A stretch of 60,663 bases of DNA, the filler included. It is 3 parts of 3 records of this genome, joined end to end, with 100 filler letters (N's around TTAATTAATTAA, not from the genome) between each part and the next. Parts side by side here need not be neighbours in the genome. Positions count along the whole stretch, not along the records: positions 1 to 19,069 come from SRR2962707_2440; 2 more parts are not named here. One strand, 5' to 3'. The position numbers and the translations under genes are program-made. Shown in pieces: positions 1 through 10,628 of this stretch (position 1 is its first letter; each line of letters starts with the position of its first letter). A model generated the notes under the pieces. That model searched no databases and was not told the DNA's origin. It worked only from the letters and a program-made list of their open reading frames with translations.

Positions 1-595
1 CACCGGCGGCATGGGCGCCTATTCGCCCGCCCCTGTGCTGACCGATGCGCTGGCGGAACGGGCCATGGCCGAAATCGTGCGGCCCACCATCGCCGAAATG
101 TCTCGGCGCGGCACACCCTATCAGGGGGTGCTTTATGTCGGGCTGATGATCTCGGACGAAGGGCCCCGGCTTGTTGAATATAACGTTCGCTTTGGCGACC
201 CCGAATGCCAGGTGTTGATGATGCGCCTCGGCGCTCAGGCCTTTGACCTGATCCACGCCTGCGCCGAAGAGCGCCTGGCCGAGATGCAGGTGAACTGGGC
301 CGATGATCACGCAATGACAGTGGTTATGGCCGCAAACGGGTATCCGGGCGACTACGCCAAAGGCGATGTGATCGGCGGGCTGACCGACTTGCCCGAGGAC
401 AGCTTTACCATGATGTTCCATGCCGGCACGGCGCAGTCCCAGGGCCAAACCACTGCGGCCGGTGGCCGAGTGCTGAATGCAACCGCGCGCGGCGCGACCT
501 TGCAAGAGGCTCGCGACCGCGCCTATGCCCTGCTGGATAACGTCAACTGGCCCGGCGGTTTCTGTCGTGACGATATTGGCTGGCGTGCGCTTTAA
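1..595 (+). CDS. purD: Phosphoribosylamine-glycine ligase, C-terminal part (5' truncated)
   Basis: TGGMGAYSPAP, EYNVRFGDPECQ, GYPG, FHAGT and GGRVL motifs; frame is open from the window edge. Confidence 0.97.
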   Translation, partial: TGGMGAYSPAPVLTDALAERAMAEIVRPTIAEMSRRGTPYQGVLYVGLMISDEGPRLVEYNVRFGDPECQVLMMRLGAQAFDLIHACAEERLAEMQVNWADDHAMTVVMAANGYPGDYAKGDVIGGLTDLPEDSFTMMFHAGTAQSQGQTTAAGGRVLNATARGATLQEARDRAYALLDNVNWPGGFCRDDIGWRAL

Positions 596-603
596 TCCGC
601 CAG

Positions 604-633
604 CCCCGGGGGTATTTATGAATAGATGAAAAG
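604..633 (-). repeat. Possible remnant of a Rhodobacteraceae intergenic REP-like element
   Basis: Minus strand reads CTTTTCATCTATTCATAAATACCCCCGGGG; a related TAATAGTCCGGGGAG...TGAG/CTCA hairpin is at 8991-9026. Family resemblance is from memory only. Confidence 0.35.
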
Positions 634-683
634 AGCTTTGGCACGCGCACAGCCCGGATAAAGGCACGTTCGATAGTTTTGGC

Positions 684-1352
684 TTATCGGCAGGCCAGTG
701 CGGCTTTGATGCTGGCCGGACCACCGTAGGTATCAACGGCGCGGGCCTGCAAGCGACCAGAATCCAAGCGGGCGGCCATCACCCGGGTCCAACCCGCATT
801 GGCGGCGATGATTTCTGCGCCGTCCCCGCAATCGCGGATGCCACCCAGAATATAATCCCATCCGATACGGTGGTTGGTAAGCCCCTCCAACGCGGCCACC
901 GGAGCCAGCGCGCCCTCCTCCAGCCGGAACAACCGCAGCACCCGTGCCAGATGCGGTCGGTCGATATAGGCAATCTCGATCCGCCCATCCCCGTCCAGAT
1001 CTGCGGCCCCCACAGGGGCGAGCCAGCGATGGCTCTGGCCGATGTGCGGCGTTGCCGCGATGCGGCCCTCTGCGCCCCATACGACAAGCCGCGCGCCCTG
1101 GGTCAAGCTGCTTTCGACTGTAACCACCTCGGGCGCGCCGTCACCGTCCAAATCCCAAAGGCGCGGGGCGATGTCTTCGAACACCAGAGATTGCGGCAAA
1201 ACGGCGCGCACGACCTGCCCATCGTCCAAGGTCAGCTCCAGCGCGCCCCATTCCACCGCATCGCCCAAAATGCCGTGATCGTATCGTCCGGTCGGCTCCG
1301 TATAGCGCGCCGCAACAATCTCAGCCCGGAGCCCGCCAGCAACGCCCAGCAA
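684..1352 (-). CDS. FG-GAP/VCBS repeat exported protein (true start probably upstream of 1352)
   Basis: DLDGDGAPE and DLDGDGRIE Ca-binding repeats, RYDHGILGDAVEW; the frame continues upstream through signal-peptide-like RRALRAIPLWLALL. Confidence 0.85.
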   Translation of the reverse strand: MLGVAGGLRAEIVAARYTEPTGRYDHGILGDAVEWGALELTLDDGQVVRAVLPQSLVFEDIAPRLWDLDGDGAPEVVTVESSLTQGARLVVWGAEGRIAATPHIGQSHRWLAPVGAADLDGDGRIEIAYIDRPHLARVLRLFRLEEGALAPVAALEGLTNHRIGWDYILGGIRDCGDGAEIIAANAGWTRVMAARLDSGRLQARAVDTYGGPASIKAALACR

Positions 1353-1447
1353 CGCCAGCCACAGCGGAATAGCTCTCAGCGCGCGGCGGGCCTGCAGTGT
1401 CCACGTGCGCAGCGCCTGCCGCCGCGCCGGATCTGATCCGATCGGGA

Positions 1448-1807
<360 letters not shown>

Positions 1808-1990
1808 CTAGTGAAGCGCGAAGCATCCTTCCAGTCCTTTTGCGCCAACAACCCATGCGAAGTTGCGCCGCCCGCAGCCCCCTAGGTGTGGCGCGCGCCA
1901 CCCAACCCGGTCGCAGGCAAGATTGGCTCCGGGTGGTCACAGGCAACACTGGCGGCCCATGTCAATCGCCGCGCTGTGTTCACTGAGGTG

Positions 1991-3055
1991 TCAGACCAGG
2001 CGCGCCGAGCGTCCCTGTTTGGCAAAGTGGATCGCCTCTGGCCGTGCGCGACGTTTTTTTGCGGTATACATCCGGGTGTCGGAAATTTGCATCAACGCCT
2101 TCACATCCGCCCCGTCATCGGGGCAGAGGGCGTAGCCCAAGGCCACGGAAACAGTGTCAATCACCTCGGGGGCCGATGAAAGGCACAGCGGGATCGGTTC
2201 TGACAGCGCCCGGTCAAGGTGTGCTATTATGCCCTCACATTCGTCTTGCGATACCCCCCCCGGAAGCCAGATCCCGAACTCGTCGCCCCCAAGACGTGCG
2301 ATAAGGTCGCGCTGACCCAATTCGGCACGCAGACGTTCGGCGATGCAACACAACACGGCATCCCCCACCGCATGTCCAAAGCGGTCGTTGACAGACTTGA
2401 AACCGTTCAGATCCAGAAAAACCAGCGCGCCGCCATCGGCTCCGTTCAGCCGGAGCGAATCTCCTGCCATCCGTACAAAGGCCGCCGAATTCAGCAGCCC
2501 AGTCAACTGGTCGGTCGAGGCAAGGCGGCGCAGCTGCTGGGCCTCGCGGCGCAGGTCCGCCTGCTCGGCCAGACTTTGGCGCAACCGATGCTGCGTCGTT
2601 TCCGCGACTGTCTGAACTGCAATGAACTTGCTGACCATCGCACGGGAGCGGTCGGCCTGTACGAGGGCAAGTATCCGCCCGCTCTGAAATTCAAAATCCA
2701 GCCGCCGGATAAAGCAGACAACGGACTTCCCGCAAGCCAACGTTAAACGCATTTGGCTGGGGCCTGACCGACGTATCGCGCGCTGCAAAAGGCTGTCGTG
2801 CCTAGATTGATCCGTAAGTCCCAGCGCACACAGCGTTTGCGGAACCTGCGGATGTGTCAGCTGCGCTGCCGCGTCATTGGCCAGAAGGATGACACCACTG
2901 TCATCGACCACAAAGCTCGGTTCGCTGGCATGCTGAATAGCCAAGCGAATCCCTGTCAGAACAGCCTTTTCAGTTTCATTACTCGAAAAATTTTTAACGG
3001 CCGTCATCTGCCCTGCGCTCCAACGACACGGTAACACGGCACTTTGGGCCGCCAC
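1991..3055 (-). CDS. Diguanylate cyclase (PAS-like region, coiled coil, GGDEF); start may be ATG at 3007
   Basis: STDQLTGLLN, DLNGFKSVNDRFGHAVGD and an intact RLGGDEF. Confidence 0.9.
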   Translation of the reverse strand: MAAQSAVLPCRWSAGQMTAVKNFSSNETEKAVLTGIRLAIQHASEPSFVVDDSGVILLANDAAAQLTHPQVPQTLCALGLTDQSRHDSLLQRAIRRSGPSQMRLTLACGKSVVCFIRRLDFEFQSGRILALVQADRSRAMVSKFIAVQTVAETTQHRLRQSLAEQADLRREAQQLRRLASTDQLTGLLNSAAFVRMAGDSLRLNGADGGALVFLDLNGFKSVNDRFGHAVGDAVLCCIAERLRAELGQRDLIARLGGDEFGIWLPGGVSQDECEGIIAHLDRALSEPIPLCLSSAPEVIDTVSVALGYALCPDDGADVKALMQISDTRMYTAKKRRARPEAIHFAKQGRSARLV

Positions 3056-3337
3056 GTGTGATCACCTGCTCTTATTGCACGCAAACATACCCATTTATCG
3101 GGACCGCGATACGTCCAAAGGTGTTTTTGGTTATCGTGCAGAGTCGTGCGCGCCGGGGTGCTGAAAATGTCTCTAAAACAAGCTCTTGTGAACAAATTGC
3201 CAAAGAAGATCTGCAGATCAGGCGCGCCCAACGGCTGCATCTGTTATCCTCCTAATGAACATGCGCATACTCGAAGGATAGGCAAAAGGTGTTTAAAGAA
3301 CTGCGAACGCCCGACCCCAAAGCCCCGCCACAACGCC

Positions 3338-3367
3338 AAAGGGCGCCCCGCTGCCGGAACGCCCTTC
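3338..3367 (-). terminator. Probable intrinsic terminator after the degP-like gene
   Basis: AAGGGCG...CGCCCTT inverted repeat just past the stop codon. Confidence 0.55.
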
Positions 3368-3390
3368 GTCGCATTGAAAGTTAATGACGG

Positions 3391-4866
3391 CTATTCGCTT
3401 TGCACGTTCAACGCCACGAACCGTGGATCGCCCCCGCGCCGCACCAGTAAAAGCAGGGACTTGCGGCCCGCCTCCTCGGCCTCTTCGATACGATCACGCA
3501 GATCGGATACGCTCAGCACGGCACTTTGTCCGGCCTCGGTGATCACGTCATCGACCCGCAGTCCCTTTTCAAAGGCCTCGGATGTTTCATCGACGGCCGT
3601 CACGGCAAGGCCCTTGATCGACTCGGGCAGTTGCATTTGTTCACGCATACCCGCACTCAGCGGCAGCAACGTCATCCCAAGCAGGGTCACCTCGGCGGGT
3701 TGCTGTTCGTCTTCGGGGATCACCTGAGATGCTGGAACAGCGCTTTCAACCTCTTCGCGACGCCCCAGAGTAATGCGTAGCGTTTCGGATGCGCCTTCGC
3801 GGATAACGATCACACGCACCGTCTTGCCGACCTCGGTATTGCCGACCTGCCGGACCAGCCCCCGGGTGTCAGCCACATCGTTGCCGTCAAAGCTAAGGAT
3901 CACGTCGCCGGATTTCATACCCGCTTCCATGGCGGGCCCTTCGGGGACGTCGGTCACCAGTGCGCCTGCGGTGCTGTCCAGTCCCATCGCCTCGGCCACG
4001 TCGTCGGTCACGTCCTGAATGCGCACACCCAGCCAGCCACGGCGCGTCTCACCGTAATCCTTTAGCTGGGTGACCACCCGTGTGACGACGTTGGATGCCA
4101 TTGAAAAACCGATACCGATCGAACCGCCATTGGGCGACAGGATTGCTGTGTTCACACCGATCACCTCGCCGTTCATGTTGAACAGCGGACCGCCAGAGTT
4201 GCCCCGGTTGATCGCTGCATCGGTCTGAATGTAATCGTCATAGGACCCTGACAGCGCACGATTGCGGGCCGAAACGATCCCGGCAGATACGGAAAATCCC
4301 TGCCCCAGCGGGTTACCCATCGCCACCACCCAGTCACCAACACGAGCGAGGTTGCTGTCACCGAAACTGACGAACTTGAGGGGTACATCTGCATCGACCT
4401 TGAGCAAAGCAATGTCAGTGTTGGGATCGGTCCCGACCAGCGTGGCCGGCAGTTCGAAACCTTCAAAGAATTCGATCTGAATTTCGTCCGCACCTTCGAT
4501 GACGTGGTTGTTGGTGACCACGTAACCGTCTTCGGAAATCACAAAGCCCGAGCCGAGCGCCGATGACTTGCGCGGGCGGGCACCTTCGCCATTACGGTCC
4601 TGGAAGTCCCGAAAGAAATCTTCGAACGGCGATCCTTCGGGCACTATGCCCTGTGGTCCCGTCCGCCCCGCCACCGTGGTAGAAGTGGTGATATTAACCA
4701 CCGAGGGGCTGATCCGTTCGGCAAGTTCAGCAAAGCTTTTGGGCATACCTTGGGCTGCCGCCATGAGCGAGGTCGACAGGATCAGGAACATCGACAGTGT
4801 CGACATCCAGAAAAGGCGCAGCGGCATAGAGGTGTCGTGTGTCCGGGCAATTGCTTGCGGTTTCAA
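3391..4866 (-). CDS. degP: Periplasmic Do/DegP/DegQ serine protease with two PDZ domains
   Basis: GSGFVIS, TNNHV, DIALLK, IQTDAAINRGNSGGP; TTG start at 4866 preceded by GGAAGGAG. Confidence 0.95.
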   Translation of the reverse strand: MKPQAIARTHDTSMPLRLFWMSTLSMFLILSTSLMAAAQGMPKSFAELAERISPSVVNITTSTTVAGRTGPQGIVPEGSPFEDFFRDFQDRNGEGARPRKSSALGSGFVISEDGYVVTNNHVIEGADEIQIEFFEGFELPATLVGTDPNTDIALLKVDADVPLKFVSFGDSNLARVGDWVVAMGNPLGQGFSVSAGIVSARNRALSGSYDDYIQTDAAINRGNSGGPLFNMNGEVIGVNTAILSPNGGSIGIGFSMASNVVTRVVTQLKDYGETRRGWLGVRIQDVTDDVAEAMGLDSTAGALVTDVPEGPAMEAGMKSGDVILSFDGNDVADTRGLVRQVGNTEVGKTVRVIVIREGASETLRITLGRREEVESAVPASQVIPEDEQQPAEVTLLGMTLLPLSAGMREQMQLPESIKGLAVTAVDETSEAFEKGLRVDDVITEAGQSAVLSVSDLRDRIEEAEEAGRKSLLLLVRRGGDPRFVALNVQSE

Positions 4867-5124
4867 ATGGAACTCCTTCCTTATGAGGGTCGGTCGCACA
4901 GCGGCCATTATTGCTCTTATAAACTAGAACATAGGTGTGTTCGCACAACACTCAAAGACAGACTTGCCTGATCCAACACATGTGACGGAAACGTGAGATG
5001 TTGCGCGGCCCCGACGCGGTCCTCCTATCCGGCGTACTGTCCGCATAGGAACGTTAAGACGGTATGAATTTTCGAACTGTATCTGGCGTCGCAACTGGCC
5101 GCCCCTGCGCAATGCCGAGGCCCT

Positions 5125-5292
5125 TCAACCATCCGCCGTGACAACAATAGAAAGATCCGGCCAAATGGAATTCCGCCCGATCCAGCGGGGTGCCACGTTT
5201 CCGGCAGACATTTGAAAAAGCAAAGGGGCCAGTGCATGCACCAGCCCCTTGATCACAAAAACCATACCGATCCCCAGCGGGATCACCGCCAT
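5125..5292 (-). pseudogene. Degenerate DUF2065 (YjeT-like) gene, not in the ORF track
   Basis: ATG 2 nt after the hflC stop gives MAVIPLGIGMVFVIKGLVHALAPLL, resembling the DUF2065 N-terminus (LGLVLVIEGLVYALAP); second helix lost; sits in the usual hflK-hflC-DUF2065-degP position. Confidence 0.65.
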
Positions 5293-5294
5293 TA

Positions 5295-6209
5295 TTACTG
5301 CAACGCGGGCACCTGATTGGTGTCGGATGCAGGCGGGGCAAGGCGTTCAGATTTGAAGTAATTAAAGAACTCCGAATCCGGCGTCATCACCATCGTCGAA
5401 TTGTCACCGGTCAATGCCGTCTCATAGGCCTGAAGCGACCGATAGAAGGCAAAGAATTCCTGATCTTGACCATAAGCTTCGGCAAAGACCTGGTTTCGCC
5501 GCGCGTCCGCTTCACCGCGAATGATGTTTGCATCACGGTCCGCCTCTGACAGGGTTTCGGTCACGGTACGGTCAGCCAAGGCGCGCACACGCTGCGCCGC
5601 CTCGTTACCGCGGGCGATCTCGTCCGCCGCTTCGCGTTCCCGTTCGGCCCGCATACGGGCAAAGGTCGCCTCGAGGTTCTGCGCCGGCAGGTTGGTCTGC
5701 TTAAGCCGCACATCGACGACATCCAAACCCAGACCGATGGCAGAGACCCGTGCCTGATCCCGGATCCGCGTCATGAGAAGACGACGATCCTCGGAAAGGA
5801 TGGTATCGGATGTAACCTGATCCGCACCCAGAACTTCGCGGATCTGCGCGTTAAGGACCGAGGAAAGCCGATCTTCGGCGGCACGGATGCCACCCACACC
5901 GACGGCCTGCCGGAACTGCACCACATCGGCAATGCGATAGCGGGCAAAGGCATCGACGACCAGACGACGGTCATCCGACGGCGTGACCTCGATGGTCTCG
6001 GTGTCCAGGCTCAGGATACGGTCGTCGTATTTCACAACGTCCTGAATAAACGGAATCTTGAACGCAAGTCCCGGTTCCCCTTTTACGGCCTTGATCTGAC
6101 CGAATTGCAGCACCAGCGCCTTTTCACGCTCGTCCACAACAAAGACCGAAGACCAGATGCCGACCACGATGACCGCAAGCGCGATCAGTAAGATATTCAA
6201 CTTGTTCAT
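5295..6209 (-). CDS. hflC: FtsH protease modulator HflC
   Basis: N-terminal TM helix, SPFH domain, RMRAEREREA, FFAFYRSLQAY. Confidence 0.96.
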   Translation of the reverse strand: MNKLNILLIALAVIVVGIWSSVFVVDEREKALVLQFGQIKAVKGEPGLAFKIPFIQDVVKYDDRILSLDTETIEVTPSDDRRLVVDAFARYRIADVVQFRQAVGVGGIRAAEDRLSSVLNAQIREVLGADQVTSDTILSEDRRLLMTRIRDQARVSAIGLGLDVVDVRLKQTNLPAQNLEATFARMRAEREREAADEIARGNEAAQRVRALADRTVTETLSEADRDANIIRGEADARRNQVFAEAYGQDQEFFAFYRSLQAYETALTGDNSTMVMTPDSEFFNYFKSERLAPPASDTNQVPALQ

Positions 6210-6212
6210 GGC

Positions 6213-7373
6213 TCAGTTCCCCCCCTGCGTCGTCGTGTTCCGGCCCAGCTCGTTCAGCGGCAGATACGGCACGACGCCGCCCCCCTGCCCGTCGCTGCCG
6301 GTCACCGACTTGTCGAGGATCATCTTGTCCACGTTACCCAACACCTTTTCCATGGTCTCAAGGTACAGACGCTTGCGTGTCACATCCTCGGCCTTGGAAT
6401 ACTCCTCAAGCACCGAGGTAAAGCGGCTCGCGTCACCCAAAGCTTCGTTCACGACCTGCGCACGATAGCCTTCGGCCTCTTCCTGGATCTGCGCGGCTTC
6501 ACCACGTGCCTCGGCCAATACGCGGTTTGCATAGGCATCAGCCTGACGCTGCAGACGATCGCGCTCTTGCTCGGCGGCCTGTACTTCGCGGAAGCTGTCG
6601 ATCACCTCGCTGGGCGGATCAGCAGTTTCAAGGTTCACACGGACGATGCTGATGCCGCTTTCGTATTCATCCAGCGTGGCCTGTATGTCGGCCATGGCTG
6701 TATCGGCAATCAGCCCCCGGTCCCGGTTGAGGATTGGCGCAAGGTTGCTCGCCGCAATAATCTCACGCATGACGGATTCAGACACCGCGCCCACGGTCAG
6801 CTGAGGATCGCGGATGTTGAACAACAGCTTTGCCGGATCATTGATGTTCCAGACCACCTGGAACTCGATATCCACAATATTGGCATCTGTGGTCAGCATC
6901 AGCCCGTCGCCATTGCCGTTGCGCCCGTTGCCGATGTTTTCGGTCCGCTCGGACGTCACGTTGACGACCTCGTATGTCGCGAACGGCCATGGGGCAAAGT
7001 TCAGACCGGGATCACCTGTCGATGAATACTTGCCCAGGAACAGCTCTACCGACTGTTCTTCTGGCTTAACTGTATAGAAGCTGTTGAACGCCCACAGGCC
7101 TACCAGCACCAGCGCACCAATGACCAGCGTACCGCGGGTCAGCATCGGACCACCACCGCCGCCCGTTCCACCAGAGTTGCCGGACGGTCCACCATTACCG
7201 CGCCCGCCCATAAGTACGCGCAGACGTTCCTGGCCTTTTTTCACAAGCTCGTCGATCTCGGGGATCTGCGAAGAGCCTTCGTCGGGTCGTTTGCCACCGC
7301 CGTTATTACCGCGATTGCCGCCGCCCTGTCCGCTTCCGCCGCCGCCCCAGGGGCCGCCGTTGTTGCCTGCCAT
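6213..7373 (-). CDS. hflK: FtsH protease modulator HflK
   Basis: MAGNNGGPWG N-terminus, MLTTDANIVDI, EVQAAEQERDR, VTRKRLYLETME, VVPYLPL. Confidence 0.96.
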   Translation of the reverse strand: MAGNNGGPWGGGGSGQGGGNRGNNGGGKRPDEGSSQIPEIDELVKKGQERLRVLMGGRGNGGPSGNSGGTGGGGGPMLTRGTLVIGALVLVGLWAFNSFYTVKPEEQSVELFLGKYSSTGDPGLNFAPWPFATYEVVNVTSERTENIGNGRNGNGDGLMLTTDANIVDIEFQVVWNINDPAKLLFNIRDPQLTVGAVSESVMREIIAASNLAPILNRDRGLIADTAMADIQATLDEYESGISIVRVNLETADPPSEVIDSFREVQAAEQERDRLQRQADAYANRVLAEARGEAAQIQEEAEGYRAQVVNEALGDASRFTSVLEEYSKAEDVTRKRLYLETMEKVLGNVDKMILDKSVTGSDGQGGGVVPYLPLNELGRNTTTQGGN

Positions 7374-7445
7374 GTGGTGTCTTTCCCTCTCGGTCAAATT
7401 CGTATTTGGCTCTTACCACTTAAACTGTGCAATCTTGCACGAATT

Positions 7446-8825
7446 TCAAGCGTTGCGCACCGGATTCCGCATTGTCACGATCTCTTCGGACATGGTTGGG
7501 TGTACAGCAACGGTGCGGTCGAAATCTTCTTTTGTGGCACCCATCTTGATCGCGATGCCGGCCAGTTGGATCATCTCGCCCGCATTCGGGGCGACAATGT
7601 GACACCCTAGAACGATACGGCTCGCCTTGGAGACAATCAGCTTCATCAGCACACGGTCCTGCTTGCCGATAAAGGCGCTCTGCATCGGGCGGAACGAGGT
7701 GCAGTATACCTCAATCTCCTCCCGATCGCGGGCCACCTCTTCGGACAGGCCCACGCTGCCCATCTCCGGCTGGGTGAAGACGGCGCTCGGGATCAACGTG
7801 TGATCGACCGGTGTCGGGTTGCCCTTGAACACGGTCTCGACAAAGGCCATGCCCTCGCGGATCGCCACGGGGGTCAGGTTGACGCGGTCTGTCACATCGC
7901 CGATGGCATAGATAGACGGTACCGCCGTCTGGCTGTATTCATCCACCACAACCTGCCCGTTCCGGCCTAGTTTCACACCCAATTCGGTCAGGCCAATCCC
8001 GTCAGTGCTCGGCTTGCGCCCGGTGGCGAACAGCACATGGTCAAAGACCCGGGTTTCGCCGGTGGTCGATTTAACCCAGATCGGCCCGTTTTGCGTGTCG
8101 TCATCCTCAGCACTGCGCATCTCGGCAATGTTCGTGCCGGTGTGAATGGCGATGCCGCGCTGTTTCATCTCTTCGGCGATCAATCCGCGCGCCTCGTCGT
8201 CAAATCCGCGCAGGATCTGCGCACCGCGATAATACATCGCCACCTCAACACCCAGCCCGTGCAGGATGCAGGCGAATTCACAGGCAATATAACCGCCGCC
8301 AATAATCAGGATCGACCGGGGCAGCGCCTCCATGTGAAAAATGTCGTCAGACACGATACCCAGTTCGGCATTGGGCATATCAGGGCGCACCGGATGGCCG
8401 CCGACCGCCACCAGAATATGCTTGGCCGTCTTTTCTTCGCCATTTGCCAGCAAAACAGTATGGGCATCCTTCAACGTCGCGCGATAATCAAAGGTCTCGA
8501 CCCCGGACCCGCTCAGCAGCTTGCGGTATACCCCTTCAAGCCGGTCAAGTTCTCCGTTCAGACGTGCCGAAAAGGCGGTCCAGTCGAACGCGCCTATCGT
8601 GACATCCCAACCATACTGCCCGGCGTCATGGGCCGTTTCGGCATATTCGCTGGCAAAAACCATCAGCTTTTTCGGCACACAGCCACGGATGACGCAGGTG
8701 CCGCCATAGCGGCTTTCCTCTGCCAGCCCGACCTTTGCCCCGGCCTCGCCGGCTGCCACGCGCGCCGCGCGCACGCCGCCCGAACCGCCCCCAATGACAA
8801 AGAGATCATAGTCAAACGCGCTCAT
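7446..8825 (-). CDS. gor: Glutathione-disulfide reductase
   Basis: GGGSGG FAD motif, GGTCVIRGCVPKK redox disulfide, GGGYIA, HPTMSEE. Confidence 0.96.
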   Translation of the reverse strand: MSAFDYDLFVIGGGSGGVRAARVAAGEAGAKVGLAEESRYGGTCVIRGCVPKKLMVFASEYAETAHDAGQYGWDVTIGAFDWTAFSARLNGELDRLEGVYRKLLSGSGVETFDYRATLKDAHTVLLANGEEKTAKHILVAVGGHPVRPDMPNAELGIVSDDIFHMEALPRSILIIGGGYIACEFACILHGLGVEVAMYYRGAQILRGFDDEARGLIAEEMKQRGIAIHTGTNIAEMRSAEDDDTQNGPIWVKSTTGETRVFDHVLFATGRKPSTDGIGLTELGVKLGRNGQVVVDEYSQTAVPSIYAIGDVTDRVNLTPVAIREGMAFVETVFKGNPTPVDHTLIPSAVFTQPEMGSVGLSEEVARDREEIEVYCTSFRPMQSAFIGKQDRVLMKLIVSKASRIVLGCHIVAPNAGEMIQLAGIAIKMGATKEDFDRTVAVHPTMSEEIVTMRNPVRNA

Positions 8826-9099
8826 GGGCTGTCCCCTTCCAGTTTCGGAATGAAGGTATCCCACAGCTCCCCCTGCTTGGCCATAGCTGCATGCGCAAAA
8901 CCTACCCTCGCCGCGGGTCCGATCATGCCACAGGCCCGGGCAAAGGTATGTACGAACAGATGAAACAGGCCTTCGCTCCTCGCTCGTCCGTTAATAGTCC
9001 GGGGAGTTTGAGTGGCTGCCCCCTCACACCGGCGTCGGTCTCCCTGTGCGACCGCAGGGCCTCTCATCCGCTTTTTTCAAGAACAAATCGTCCTGGCTT

Positions 9100-9825
9100 T
9101 TACCCGGCTTTGATCTCACGCAACTCGACCTGGCCATCTTCGTAGCCAATAACCACCAGATCGCAGATATCGATGAACAGGCCGTTTTCGACTACGCCTG
9201 CGATCTGGTTCAGCACCATGGCAAGCTGCGGCGCGTTGGCGATCCGACCAAGATGCAGATCGAGAATGTGATTGCCCTCGTCCGTGATATAGGGCTGCGC
9301 GCCATCCATCCGCAGGCTCGTTTCGCGCCCAGCAACGTCCATCGTACCCAGCATCTCAGCAATCAATTTCTGCGTACTGGTCCAGCCGAAGCGAATCACC
9401 TCAACCGGTAGCGCAAACGCCCCCAGGGACGCGACGGCCTTGGCTGCATCGGCGATCACGATCATCCGATCGCTGGCGGTGGCGACGATCTTTTCCTGCA
9501 ACAACGCGCCGCCGCCGCCCTTTATCAGGTTCAGGTCGGCATCGAATTCGTCCGCGCCGTCAATGGTCAGGTCCAGCCAGCCGGCATCCTCAAGCGTGAT
9601 CACCTCGATCCCAACGTCGCGGGCCAGATCCGCAGTCCGGGTCGATGTCGGCACGGCGCGGATCTTTAGCCCGTCCTCGCGCACCCGTTCGCCCAGACGT
9701 CGCACAAGCCAGGCGGCGGTGGACCCGGTGCCCAGACCGACGCGCATACCATCTTCGACAAACTCGGCGGCACGTCTGGCAGCGGCATTCTTGGCCGTAT
9801 CGGTGGGGGACATCTGTGCGGACAT
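9100..9825 (-). CDS. rpiA: Ribose-5-phosphate isomerase A
   Basis: GLGTGSTA, DGADE, KGGGGALLQEKIVA, GVVENGLF. Confidence 0.97.
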   Translation of the reverse strand: MSAQMSPTDTAKNAAARRAAEFVEDGMRVGLGTGSTAAWLVRRLGERVREDGLKIRAVPTSTRTADLARDVGIEVITLEDAGWLDLTIDGADEFDADLNLIKGGGGALLQEKIVATASDRMIVIADAAKAVASLGAFALPVEVIRFGWTSTQKLIAEMLGTMDVAGRETSLRMDGAQPYITDEGNHILDLHLGRIANAPQLAMVLNQIAGVVENGLFIDICDLVVIGYEDGQVELREIKAG

Positions 9826-10036
9826 GGGGGACTCCTCTGTTTGGCGCCGCTTATAGAAAGGATGCCAGCCCCATGCGAGCGTGAAATGCCAATGCGGCAG
9901 AGCGAACTGGGGGAATACCTTACTTAACGCGCCTCGGTGCATACGGTACTCTTTTCATGTGGCCGCTATTATTTCAGCTCGCATTTCAAACTTTCGATAA
10001 TTTTTAATTTCAAACGTTTTTTAAAAGGAAATTACC

Positions 10037-10438
10037 ATGGCAACTGTTAGCCGCTTATCCCTGCGCATTGAAAGCGCAGGCAAAAATAGCAGCCGGATCA
10101 GCCTGTCCTATCGCATCTGTTTTTCCAGCTGCGAAGCGATGGCAGGATCGACCTTTGTCGAAAATGTGACCCTGCGTGGCGATGACCCCGTCTGGGACGA
10201 TCATTTGATCACCCTGCGCAACGGCTGCATCCGTGCCCAGAACGGATGCATTGATCGCGAAATCAGCTGCGTCGTTTCGAACCAGGTACTCGACGAAGAC
10301 CCGGACACGATCATTTTCGGCTGGGTCATCGGCAACAAGGACGAGGTTTATGCCCGCGTCAGACTGTCTCCCTTTGCACCGACCGGTAGCCGGGGCGACA
10401 GCAACATCGTTTCAGCCAATTTCGGCCCCGCCAGCTGA
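10037..10438 (+). CDS. Hypothetical Cys-rich, beta-strand-rich protein (133 aa)
   Basis: AAAAGGAA RBS, plausible codon usage, AT-rich upstream region, downstream hairpins. Confidence 0.75.
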   Translation: MATVSRLSLRIESAGKNSSRISLSYRICFSSCEAMAGSTFVENVTLRGDDPVWDDHLITLRNGCIRAQNGCIDREISCVVSNQVLDEDPDTIIFGWVIGNKDEVYARVRLSPFAPTGSRGDSNIVSANFGPAS

Positions 10439-10514
10439 ATGACTTGCCACAGCCTGCAAACACCAACCCGGCAGGCTGTGGCGACCGTAATCGCTGCGCA
10501 GCTTAGATGGTCTG

Positions 10515-10552
10515 CCCCGTGCCGCCCATGGCGGCACGGGGTCTTGTATTTT
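10515..10552 (+). terminator. Intrinsic terminator
   Basis: CCCCGTGCCGCC-CAT-GGCGGCACGGGG followed by TCTTGTATTTT; a second 12-bp hairpin is at 10446-10482. Confidence 0.7.
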
Positions 10553-10628
10553 GTGTGGCTGCGTTTTCTGCAGGGGCTGTGTCGTTTATGAAGCCCCGCC
10601 GTTGATCTGCGTCGCATAGATCAACGGC

